Positions 20,325 through 31,753 of a DNA stretch of 64,000 nucleotides are shown one piece after another. Every line of letters begins with the position of its first letter. Position 1 is the stretch's first letter. Made by a program: the position numbers and the translations under genes. The notes beneath the pieces are model-generated. The model saw nothing but the letters and a program-made list of their open reading frames with translations, did not search any database and was not told the DNA's origin. Source of the stretch: Oopsacas minuta (Eukaryota > Animalia > Porifera); the NCBI GenBank assembly GCA_024704765.1, contig JAKMXF010000299.1:310001-374000 (forward strand), read 5' to 3'.

Positions 20325-21815
20325 ATGTCTATCCCTGACAACCACTTGATAGAAAACTATTTTTCACTCCCAATAACATCACAACAATCTACTATCACTG
20401 AAATAATAACAAAATCTAGTTATAAGCAAATACAGCATATATACTATCTAGCAAATAACTTACTTTCAATAGACATCGTATCAAAACTATCAAACACCGA
20501 TGCACTGCATATTCTATCTTATCTAGATGCACAATCGCTGTGTAGAGCTTCAAAAGTGAATCGTAAATGGCATGACCTAGCAACTAACGATAGTTTGTGG
20601 TATTTACTCTGTCGTGAGGAAGATTGGCTCAAATATGGGATGGAATACTCTTTAATAAATTCTATTCCATCTACTCCTATTTCTTCTCATATACCACCAC
20701 ATGCTACATATCTGATTGAATTAATGCAGAATAAAAATATTCAAATTTCTAAATGGAAAGAGATTTATATTCGCGCACATTTATTGAACAGGAATTGGAG
20801 ATGTGGTTACTATTCAGTATTACCACCATTGAAAGGGCATACACGTCGAGTTAACGCATTTGACTGTCAGGATGGAGTTATATTATCTGCTGCAGATGAT
20901 AGTTCTGTGTTATTATGGGATTCCAATACATTAGAGTGTAAGTTAAAACTAGAAGGCCATAGCGATTCAGTTAACTGTGTTAAGCTTGTGGAAGGTAGTA
21001 GATTTGATAGTAGATTAGCATTGACTGGATGTAGTGATGGATTTGTTCGTTTGTTTAATGCTATTAATGGGAATTTATTGAAAGCTCTCAGTTCACAGGT
21101 AACTGGCGTAGCTGATAATTGCAGTATTGAATTATTAGATTCAAACAGAGAATATATTGTGGGTGTTGGAGATGATTTTTGTGTTAGAATATGGGAATTA
21201 TTTGAAGATTGCGAACTAATACATTTTCTACCAGGACACAAAGATGAAATACAACAGCTTATATTAAGCGGGAATATAGCGATTACCTGCTCCTGGGATA
21301 CAACAATGCGCATTTGGAATGTATCCAAAGGTTTTAATATGCAAACTCTATCAACAGCTGGTGACCCTATCATGTGTTGCGATATTGGTGAGGGTCTAAT
21401 TCTCGGTGGAGGTGGAGATGGTCACGTACGTGTATGGCATGCTAACACCCTGAAGCACTTGTTCACTATGTCAGGACATGACGGTGAAGTATACTGTATC
21501 GGATTAAATAGTGACGTAATAGTATCAGGTGGAGCTGATAGTACAGTACGTATGTATAGTCATAGCGGTGTAGAAGTTGGAGTTTTTCATGGAGTGCATA
21601 TTGGAATTGTAAGGTGTGTTAAGATGCAAACACATCGTGCTATTACTTCTGGTGATAGAAAAGTCGTTGCCATATGGGATACAAATGCTAAATATTTGTT
21701 GAATGTTGTTCACCGTAATCCTACACTTGTTTTTGATATATGGTGTGATGATACCAAGATTATAACGGGTTCTCCTGATTCACCGGGTATTCTAACTGTT
21801 ATAGCTTTCTGGTAA
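20325..21815 (+). CDS. F-box/WD40-repeat protein (FBXW7/Cdc4-like)
   Basis: F-box LSNTDALHILSYLDAQSLCRASKVNRKWHDLATNDSLW followed by about 7 WD40 repeats (LKGHTRRV, LEGHSDSV, LPGHKDEI, MSGHDGEV). Confidence 0.9.
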   Translation: MSIPDNHLIENYFSLPITSQQSTITEIITKSSYKQIQHIYYLANNLLSIDIVSKLSNTDALHILSYLDAQSLCRASKVNRKWHDLATNDSLWYLLCREEDWLKYGMEYSLINSIPSTPISSHIPPHATYLIELMQNKNIQISKWKEIYIRAHLLNRNWRCGYYSVLPPLKGHTRRVNAFDCQDGVILSAADDSSVLLWDSNTLECKLKLEGHSDSVNCVKLVEGSRFDSRLALTGCSDGFVRLFNAINGNLLKALSSQVTGVADNCSIELLDSNREYIVGVGDDFCVRIWELFEDCELIHFLPGHKDEIQQLILSGNIAITCSWDTTMRIWNVSKGFNMQTLSTAGDPIMCCDIGEGLILGGGGDGHVRVWHANTLKHLFTMSGHDGEVYCIGLNSDVIVSGGADSTVRMYSHSGVEVGVFHGVHIGIVRCVKMQTHRAITSGDRKVVAIWDTNAKYLLNVVHRNPTLVFDIWCDDTKIITGSPDSPGILTVIAFW

Positions 21816-21935
21816 TATTGGTTATCTTTTACGTCACCATTCATTTTATCACTTTTATCTGAATACACATTATAACAATTAGTTTATGTTGTTTTTCATT
21901 GCCTCGCTTTTACAATAATTTGATTTATTCTAAAT

Positions 21936-22081
21936 TACAGTGAACTCCTGTTATATCAGATGTTTCGTCTGAAATTGTACCAATATGGCCAAAACTGTCA
22001 AACGAACAAGTATTTTTATCGGTTATATTGATGTAATTTTCGCTGTCCTTTGAGCTTCGAAACAGTGTGAATTAAATGTAA
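21936..22081. mobile_element. MITE family A
   Basis: TA|CAGTGAACTCCTGTTATATC start; internal TTGTACCAATATGGCC and TTTGAGCTTCGA. Confidence 0.65.
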
Positions 22082-22132
22082 TTAAATTTTAAATTCTCCA
22101 ACTAGTTATCAATGAAATAATAGTGATTACAA

Positions 22133-25100
22133 ATGACTCGCATATTCACGCTGGTATTACTGCTAATACTCTCCTCTCACTCTACACTACAAGAATCTTG
22201 TTACGGAGACACAGAACAAGCTATTTCTTGCTATCCAATTATTACAAGCTTGTCATTTGATAGAGAAATAACATCAACATCTACATGTGGCATAGATGGC
22301 CCTACAGAATATTCTGTTAGGCAATCTACAACTGAAGTTAACTGCTGTCAAATTTGTGACAGTCGTTTTGACATATCATCACATCAACCTGCATATCTCA
22401 CGGACTTCGATGTAGGAACAGAATCAGTTACAACATGGCTCAGTGAGACTGGTATATACTCTCCTAACACAGTTAATCTAACACTATCTCTACCAGCTAA
22501 AGTAGAGCTAGACGCCTTAACAATACACTTTACTTCTTATAAGCCACATTCTTACTACCTGGAGAAGTCGCAAGATGGAGGTGATAGCTATGACGTGATG
22601 AAATACTTCAGTGTTAATTGTCTTGGCAAATACCAGCTGGATCCAAGAGAGGCTGTGCTAACAGATGGCCAAGTAGTTTGTGAGGAAATAACTGACAGCA
22701 GACCTGACATTGCGGTATGTACAACATGTATTACTACAGAATTATTTAGCTTAAGTTTAGACAACCATATATGGTATTAATGTTATTCCTATAGCTATAT
22801 ATTCCCGATCAAATTCGTCCTATTGGAGAGACAAGCCCTCCAGCAGAGAGTGACACTCTAATAGATTTCATTTCTCTCACAAATCTTCGTATTGTATTAG
22901 ATGGACATAGAATATTCTCACTTCCTACCCCTAATACTCTAGAAGCAAATATGTCTTATTACTATGAGATAGCTGATTTTAGTGTATCAGGGAGATGTGC
23001 TTGTAATGGACATGCTACACTATGTGATGACATCAATATAGTTTGTGTTTGTGAACATAATACTCAAGGTAGTTATTTACATAGAGAGATTGTACTTTAT
23101 TACAGTAGAATCTCAGAAAATTAAATTGCTATTTTCTGAATTTATTTAATTTAATATAAACTGTATTTAATTAAAACCTTTCTTATTCTATGTTGCTAGG
23201 TAACAATTGTGAGGAATGTGCTCCATTCTATCAAGACCATCCCTGGAGGAGAGGCAAGCCTTCATCACCATTTGAATGCAAACGATGTGAATGCAATTCC
23301 CATTCTACTTCCTGTTACTTTAACAATTCAGTATTTGCAGAATCTAATAATATTAGTGGTGGTGTATGTATTGACTGTATGGACAATACGATTGGGATAC
23401 ATTGTGAAACTTGTGCAGACATGTACTACGTAAATCCCAACAGTTCCCCTAGTGATGTAGATGTGTGTTTGGAATGTGCTTGTAACTCGTTGGGTACTCT
23501 TAAAGATGTATGTGATAAATCAACAGGTCAATGTGAATGTCAAACTAACGTGGAAGGGAGAACATGTGATACTTGTCTGCCTGGGTAGTTTGATATTTAA
23601 TTGATCATGGTTTACTTTTTAGTTTACTCCATTTATAGGTTTTACGATCTAAGGACTGACGACATGTCAGGATGTTCACCTTGTGATTGTCACCCATTCG
23701 GTTCTATAACTACGGAATGTGATACTGTGACAGGACAGTGTGATTGCCGCGATAACACACAATCTCAGACATGCAACGAGTGCAAGGATGGTTTCTACAA
23801 TATAATGTCAGGGACAATGGATGGTTGTTTAGAATGTTCTTGTGATGTAGGAGGTTCTATATCTCATAATTGTAACTCTGATACAGGAGCTTGTATGTGT
23901 AGAGAGGGGATAACAGGAAGACAGTGTAATGCTAGAATCGACGGTTACTTTGTTCCATTAATTGATTTTGTTACCATAGAGGGAGAGGAGGGTAATGGGA
24001 GTTTCTCTCCTAAAATTTCCACGAATGGTAATGATAGTTTAAACTTCAAAATTTTTAGAAATTTTAGAATTATCCTTATTTAGGTGTAAATCAAGAATTC
24101 ACAGGTACTGGCTATGCTTCTCTAATGCCTTTAAACACACTGACATTCCTATCACCTATATCGGTAACCAAGAGTGGAATATACCAGCTGGTTATTCGCT
24201 ATACACTCCTATCTGCAGCAGCTATATCTCTATCTTTGAGGTTTGATGTCAATATGCTTAATGCACAACCAGATGGAGCCTGTATTCAACAAATACTGAC
24301 GCCAACAGTATTGACAATTAGTGTTACTCCAGGGGCTACGCTTCAGTCATCTGTTGATGTGTGTCTGAATTCTAATATTGATTATACTGTCACTATTACA
24401 CATGCTGGTACACAATCAAATATCCTCATTGATTCTTTAGTTGTAATCCCTGTATCAGTTCTGTCTACACTCGCGGTTTTTAACACTACCTCTTCATTGC
24501 TAGAAGAGTATAGAAGAGAATGTATAGAACCGCGGAAACAGCTGAGCACCTGGTCAAGTATAAATACAAGCTTCTGCAACCCAATCACTTTATCTCTTTC
24601 TGCAGAATTATATAAGGGATTATTACAATGTAATTGCTATGCAGGAGGTTCTACTGAGGATAATTGTACTTTTGATGGACAATGCTCATGTTTGTTTGGT
24701 GTTGGTAGTAACAGGATTTGTTCACAATGTTTGCCAGGGTATTATAACTTGACAGGAGTAGGATGTGATGCTTGTGGGTGTATAGAGGATGGTTCAGTTT
24801 CTAATGTGTGTAATTTCGCGAATGGACAATGTGATTGTTTGAGTCTAGTTGATGGTGATAAGTGTGGTGAGTGTACTTTCGGTGCTTATAACTTCACTAC
24901 CGGTCAAGGATGTGATTTATGTGATTGTAATATCAATGGATCTTCTGACACACAATGTCTAGAAGCAGGTACCTGTATCTGTAGACCTGGAGTAGGAGGA
25001 AATAAATGTGATGTTTGTAGGGATGGTTATTACGGATTGGGTAGTGATGGTTGTGAATCTTGTAACTGTGATAAACGTGGTGTCGTTACAGAAAGTTCAT

Positions 25101-28100
25101 CTTGTGATACTAACACAGGAGAATGTCAATGTAAAAATAACGTAGAAGGGAGGATGTGTGGAGAGTGTATTTACGGATATTTCAGTTTGGATGAAGATAA
25201 TCCTACTGGTTGTAGAGCTTGTTATTGTAGTGGTAGAAATGATACAGTATGTACTCATGCTACAGGATATGTTGAAGATAAGGTTGTTCTTACAATAGAA
25301 TACATGAATAGTAGACAGTCATTTATACGAATCGAACTTATTTCGGAGCGATTTTCTCATATTAATCTAATATGTTCCTAACTCAGACCGGAATAATAAT
25401 ACGGCAGGTCCGGGATTTGCTACAGTACAATATGCAGGGCATTTGGAATACAACTCTTTAGAATTGCGATATTTGCAATACCACTTTCAATTTGCTTCAG
25501 CCACGCTGAATTCTTAAGAAAATACTTAGACCATATTAGCTATACAATCTCATAGTGTATGAATTAAATGGAGTATATTACAAATATGGGTAATTCATAT
25601 ATTATTGAAAACTATAGGTAACTACTCTATTCAATACAAATGACTCAGACATACTAGACGGTTGGATTACACTTGACAGCAATGAAGAGAAATTTAGCGG
25701 TTATCTCCCTCGCACTATAAACGGTCTACCAAGTATAGCTACATTCCAAACTGTACAGTATATCAGCGCACCTGCGAAATTTCTCAACTTTAAACTTAGC
25801 TCCTATACACAGCCAATATTTATAAAACTTACGATAAGCAGTACTTTCCCATTAGATGCTACATTCACATGTCCTCCTTATAGCCTGTTATTGAGAGGAT
25901 CCTCTCTGGAGCTGGCTACATGTGCTCAACTTGATCTGTCTAATAATAACGGATTAGTATCATTGAATATATTATTACATGAATCAGCTGGGTGGATAAG
26001 AACTGATACAGAAGCTGGTGTTACTGAGTATGAATTCTTACAAGTGTTGGCTAACTTATCTGCGCTTTTCGTTCGAGGAAGTCACTTCTCCGGCACAAAT
26101 ACAAATTTCCACCAGGTATATGCAAATCAAATTACAATGGAGCCGCCTATTTAGCATGCCGATTTTGCACGAATTCCTTTGCTAATCTCGAACTTGCTAT
26201 TAGACAGAGGAATTATTTCCAATACTTGCTATTAGACAAACACCATGTTTTTTAGGAAATTTTTTTAATTTTACGTCTTTATTCAGGTGTCCTTGCCTAC
26301 AGCTGTACGTAGCAATTCAGGTGTGCCAGTTAATTGGGTAGAGACTTGTGCTTGTCATACAAACTACACAGGACCTTCATGTTCAAGATGTGCACCGGGA
26401 TATTACAGACAACCGGATAGCTCCTGTATACAGTGCAATTGCTTTGGAGATTCTTCCCAGCTGACTTGTGATCCTAATACAGGGGAGTGTATTGTGTGTC
26501 CTCCCTTTACAACAGGGGATTCATGTGAGTCATGTGTTCAAGGGTACTATGGGTCTCCTTCTGAGGGTATCACTTGTGTGCCCTGTATCTGTCCTGGTGA
26601 TGGTTCTAGCGCATCATTCTCTCCCCTCTGTGAACTGATACCTGCTGCATTTGTTTCAGCAAACACTCCTACTGGTTCAAACGTAGAATGTACAGCTTGT
26701 TTAGTAGGTCATGCAGGATTACGTTGTGAATTTTGTGAGGATAATTACTATGGAGATCCTATTCAATCTATTGGATGTATGCTATGTGATTGTAATGGTA
26801 ATATTGTATTGGATGAACCGAATAACTGTGATAATATAAGTGGAATATGTCTTGAGTGTGTTGGTGATACCGAAGGAGAACACTGTGAAGTTTGTTCTAT
26901 TGGATTCTATGGAGATGCTATTCAGGCTAAGAACTGTTCAGAGTGTTTGTGTGACCAACGAGGTAAGTTATCATAAATTATATTGCCACAATATCATAAT
27001 ACTTAAATTTCTCGAATTTGGACTGTACTTCTTGCATTTTCAGTCATTCGTTGAGCGTCTTTTCCTGCGAAAACGCGACAAGACGCTAAATTGTCTCGAT
27101 TTTTGGTAGACCAGCCTAATAATACTCTACAATGTCTCGCTAGATAATAACTTCCTATTCGCTAATTATCGCTCTCATAATTACTGGCATTATAGTGTGA
27201 GACCATTTAGGTGCAGAGAATCAAGATTGCAATACAAACAATGGTGAATGTGTATGTCGACCTAACATTGAAGGGAGACAGTGTGACCAGTGTACTCCCG
27301 GTTATTTCAATATATCCAGTAGTACAGGTTGCCAAGATTGTGCATGTAATTCTACTGGTGCTGCTAGTAGTGAATGTGACGTCGTGACAGGTCAATGTGA
27401 ATGTAAACCAGGCGTCACAGGTTTGACATGTGATACCTGTCAACAATATTTCTATGGATTCTCGCTAACAGGGTGTACCCCATGTAATTGCTTTGGACCT
27501 GGTTCTATTACGGATCAATGTGATTCACAAGGCAATTGCTCTTGTTTGGAAGGTGTGTACGGTGCGAAATGTGACAGATGTGGTGAAAATTTCTATGACG
27601 TCACACAAGGGTGCATAGCTTGTCCTGAATGCTATCAAGAACTACAGGAAAACATCGATGCGTTCAGAAGTGAAATTATCAATACAACTATTATTATTGA
27701 CGAAATAGAATCTACACACATAAATGTGTCGTTCACTTCAAGGTTACGTGAAGCAACAAATCAAGTTAACGATTTAGTTGATGAAGCTACACAACTAAAA
27801 GCTATGGAGCTATTGGATATACAACTAACACAACAATTAGAGTATACGGCTCATTTTCTTAGAGATTTCATAACAGAGACGGCTACTTCTATTATTTCAC
27901 TGGAGAGAAGTGTTAATTTTATTGGATCACAAGGTATCGCAACATTTGTATTAGTCAATAATACTGAAGACAATCTTTTGGAAATCAGTCAGTACTTGAT
28001 TAATGACCCTCGTGTGTATTTGAATCTAACACAAGAATTAGTGGATATACTCTCTGATATTAGAATAATAACAAAACAGATGCAAGGGATAGCAAATCAA

Positions 28101-30090
28101 CACCAACAACAAGTAAGTGATTGCCACAACAAATACACCCAAATTTTTTCCCCATTCTTCCACTTTTCTACACAATTCCATAATGAAATTGTGATTACAG
28201 CGGGGTTTCACTGTAATACGGTCGTATTTTTATCTCGACTAATATTGATAAATCATCCATTATAGTAAACTCCCGTTATATCAAACGGATACATCAAAAT
28301 ATCCGCTTATATCTATTCTTACATTGTATAAATAGTAACAACTATTTTATCGGCTATATCGAAGTAAATATGTTTGGTCCCTTGAGATTCGATATAACGA
28401 GAGTTGACTGTATTCTTGAAATCTTTCCATCTTGCATTACTAGGCTGATCAGATAGAGCTATTCATAACAGAAGCTAGTATCTTATCTTCACAAGCTAGT
28501 TACATGGTAATGCATTCTTACCAGCATTTATTCACCATGCTCAAACCTGCAATACAAAACTTAACACTCTTACTCAACTCCATATCTACACAATCTGCTC
28601 CTATAAATTCTCAGGCTATCGACCAGCTGAATTATGCAATGGAACATATGTCACAATCCTCGCAGCTGATATTATTAGCTCAAACACCTAATACAAATGA
28701 TGGGTACAATTCAACGAATATTCAATCTACTCTTGGGAGGTTTCACTCACAAAATATTGAAATATCAGTACAATTAAATGAACTGGGGTATAATATAGAG
28801 ACAGTGAGTGAGAGAATTGAGGTTCTATTTGATAATATTAATGACTATTCGAAGGACATTATTGAACTCACAGAAAATGATAATACTTTACGTAATAAAA
28901 CACTCGTAGCTAATTACAAATCAATTGAAGCGAGAAATTTGGGAAATAGTTTGATACAGACATTGAATGAGACCCTAGAAATAATCGCGAATTTTAGCGA
29001 GATTTCTAAAATCGTGCAAAATAAAACGCGAAACTCTCTTCAGAAAGTTTCTCAGATTGAAGCAACAAGTAGACAAGCGGAAATGAATGCATCTCAGGTT
29101 TGATACAAATAATTTCATAAATATTTAAATATTTATAATTCTTCTATTTACAGGTTTTGGGAGAGTTTTCAATCGCAGCTCGTAAATCCCGTGAGAGCTA
29201 TGATATATCAGTACAAGCAGGTAGTATAGCAATAGATGCTAATGCTCAACTTGACATATTCAGAGGAAATATGTCAGAACTGTCACAAGAGCTGTCACAA
29301 TTCACAGCCTCTTTCAATTCAAGTTTATACAGGATACAAGATTATGCTAATAAAGCAGTTAATCAGGATGCTATATTAGATGATCTCAGGGATAATGCGT
29401 ATAAAGGAGCAAGCATTTGTGTTAAACAAGTAATATTTGCTTCAATAGCAGTTGAACCTAGATAAAGGCCACGGGCCACCTATTCAACGACCGATTTTTT
29501 AAGTAAACTAAAACTAAAATAAGTCTTACCCCTCCGGCTCGGGTACTAAAATTAATACGGACTAACTGAAGTACGTCTTATCTGAACATATTTCCTATAC
29601 AATTAGTACAAGAATAGAAAAATGTTTTTGCAAAAGTACCTACATACTAACTGAGTTCTACGGTATTGCATTTAATTTTGAATATTTATTGTAGTTATTA
29701 TGATTATCTAGGTTCAAGAGATTCAAAACATGACACAGACAACTATGAACGAGATTTCACGCTTGTATAAAGAATTAAACGATTCATTTAGCATTCTACA
29801 GCCACCCAAATTCGACATAGAGGAATTTACTAACTCTACCGGAATACTAATCGAAACAATTGCCAATGCAGAACTTAATAATACTGTTCGATTATTGAAG
29901 CAAAAGTAAATTACCCTTTAGTGCTAAAATTAGATTTTATTCTAATAATCAATTTGATATTTTTAGGTTGGTGGATCAGACAAGAATGAGGTTAGAATAT
30001 GTAACCAAATTATCACAACTGAAAGAAGATTTATCTGACCTTCAATACATAGAACGTTCTTTACCTAAATATTGTAACCATGGTGTCTAA
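22133..30090 (+). CDS. Laminin chain, beta/gamma hybrid type (LN-LE-LF-LE-L4-LE-coiled coil), multi-exon
   Basis: Signal peptide and LN domain (exon 22133-22714; next exon from 22795 ending YYYEIADFSVSGRCACNGHA). Many LE repeats. LF/IVB domain (YFVPLIDFVTIEGEEG, FTGTGYASL, IYQLVIRY, CNPITLSLSAELYKG). L4/IVA domain (FLQVLANLSALFVRG, WVETCAC). Coiled coil. The last exon ends LQYIERSLPKYCNHGV* at 30090. Not every internal exon boundary was resolved. Confidence 0.9.
28261..28412. mobile_element. MITE family A, best-preserved copy (laminin intron)
   Basis: 22-bp near-perfect inverted ends TATAGTAAACTCCCGTTATATC / GATATAACGAGAGTTGACTGTA, including the TA TSDs. Confidence 0.85.
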
Positions 30091-30247
30091 CCACACAACT
30101 ATTTTACTCAATATACACACATAACTAGTTGCATTTACTCTAAATTTATTTTACATTTATTTTATTATATTCCATAAAATTTATATACTATTTATACTGA
30201 GTCAAACTTTATCGGAAAAATGTCTTATTTCCCTGAATTTGAATATA

Positions 30248-30360
30248 CCCCTACCTGGGGTTCATGGACCCTTTTGGTGGTCCATGAACGACAGCATGGG
30301 CCCACATAATCTCAAAATTTGTATAAGGGGTCCACGGGTGAAATAGGTTGGTAACTGCTA
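30248..30360 (-). mobile_element. hAT/Charlie-like MITE family B copy
   Basis: The reverse complement shares GTGGACCCC, CTGTCGT.C.TGGACCACCA, GGGTCCAT.AACCCCAGGT with 15384-15455 and 51426-51519. Confidence 0.65.
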
Positions 30361-30474
30361 CCATAGCCTTATACAAAACTATATGATATAATTAACATTT
30401 ACTAGCAATAACAAGATTGTAATGCTGTATTACAAATAGCTATAAGACTAGACAATCTACATATAAAGTGTTGG

Positions 30475-31125
30475 TTATAATAATTTCTGTATTTCAACCA
30501 TAGTATTCAGCATATCAGCTATACCCATATTAAGCATCCACTGAGGTATCCAACCACCAGCATTGAATGAATACACGCTAGTCATCTTACATTTCTTATC
30601 GCCATCAGCCTCTATCTTAATAGTAAAACTCTCTCTTCCTCTCACAACTTTTTTAGGTGTTTCAAACGCGTAATTTACTGGTACGCCCCATATATATGAA
30701 CCGCCTTCGGTGTACTCCCTAGCAAATGCTGTGATGTAATCGCGTTTTTCACACGGCCATGGAAACTTTTCGCGTAGATACTTAACTTGGAGAGTTTTGT
30801 CTTCATTTGTGTAAAGAATTTTCTTATCTTCCACGTCTGTATCATAATCCTCAAAACTAGAATTCCACATAATTTCATGAAGCTTGTCTTTAGCAATTTC
30901 TCCATCCTTTGTAGATACATAATTCGCCACAAATTTGAATACAATTGTGCCATCTTTTGAATGTTCTTCGCTCTTCTGTGAAACATAGCTATCCCCTTCT
31001 TTGTATAATTTCCATGTATTGCCGTCATTGCTAATATCTTCTAGAGCTTTCCTTTCTCTCCCGAGTATTTCTATAAGTTCCGCATCGGATTGACTTGCAG
31101 TGTGTCTAGAATCTTTCGTGGCCAT
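30475..31125 (-). CDS. START-domain lipid transfer protein (PCTP/STARD10-like)
   Basis: 216 aa; VKYLREKFPWPCEKRDY, KKVVRG, MTSVYSFNAGGWIPQWMLN. Confidence 0.88.
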   Translation of the reverse strand: MATKDSRHTASQSDAELIEILGRERKALEDISNDGNTWKLYKEGDSYVSQKSEEHSKDGTIVFKFVANYVSTKDGEIAKDKLHEIMWNSSFEDYDTDVEDKKILYTNEDKTLQVKYLREKFPWPCEKRDYITAFAREYTEGGSYIWGVPVNYAFETPKKVVRGRESFTIKIEADGDKKCKMTSVYSFNAGGWIPQWMLNMGIADMLNTMVEIQKLL

Positions 31126-31340
31126 TACGCTTGTAAATTGAAATGATAATATATAGTGTTATATAAATTATTATTTATATAATGTACTGTTTCTACCTAT
31201 TGTTAGTTATTATAGCCTACAAGTGTACACGCATGTGATGGTATATGGTTTAATAGACATAATTCGTTCTTATTGGTTAATAACACAAATATGCTTTTAT
31301 TACTAGTAAGTTCATATATAATAATTTGAATGATCACAAC

Positions 31341-31669
31341 CAGGCTTGGACCGGGTCATGATATCCTGACCCGGTTTCGTTATTTAACCCGGTTTTCAAA
31401 ACATGAATTTTCTATATTACATATCTATATACATACATAAGAGTATATATGTATATAAGTATACAGTAGTAATGATACCAAACAAGTTTGGTAAAAATAC
31501 TAATGATTCATGAAAATGAAACGTGTAACTTATATTGACTGAATCTTTTTATGATTTACAAACCGTTATAATTTAATTATCCATAAAGATATAAACCGGG
31601 TCAAGTCAAAATCAGTGACCCGATTCAGACCCGGAAATTTATTAAAAATAGTGACCCGGTCCAAGCCTG
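31341..31669. mobile_element. 329-bp hAT MITE with perfect 8-bp TSD
   Basis: Perfect 18-bp TIR CAGGCTTGGACCGGGTCA / TGACCCGGTCCAAGCCTG. ATCACAAC duplicated at 31333-31340 and 31670-31677. Subterminal (G/A)ACCCGG repeats at both ends. Confidence 0.93.
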
Positions 31670-31753
31670 ATCACAACATATAATCACGATAATTACGGGC
31701 CTATAATTTACTAAATATTATTCACTTGTAGGATATATTATTCTGATAATTGA

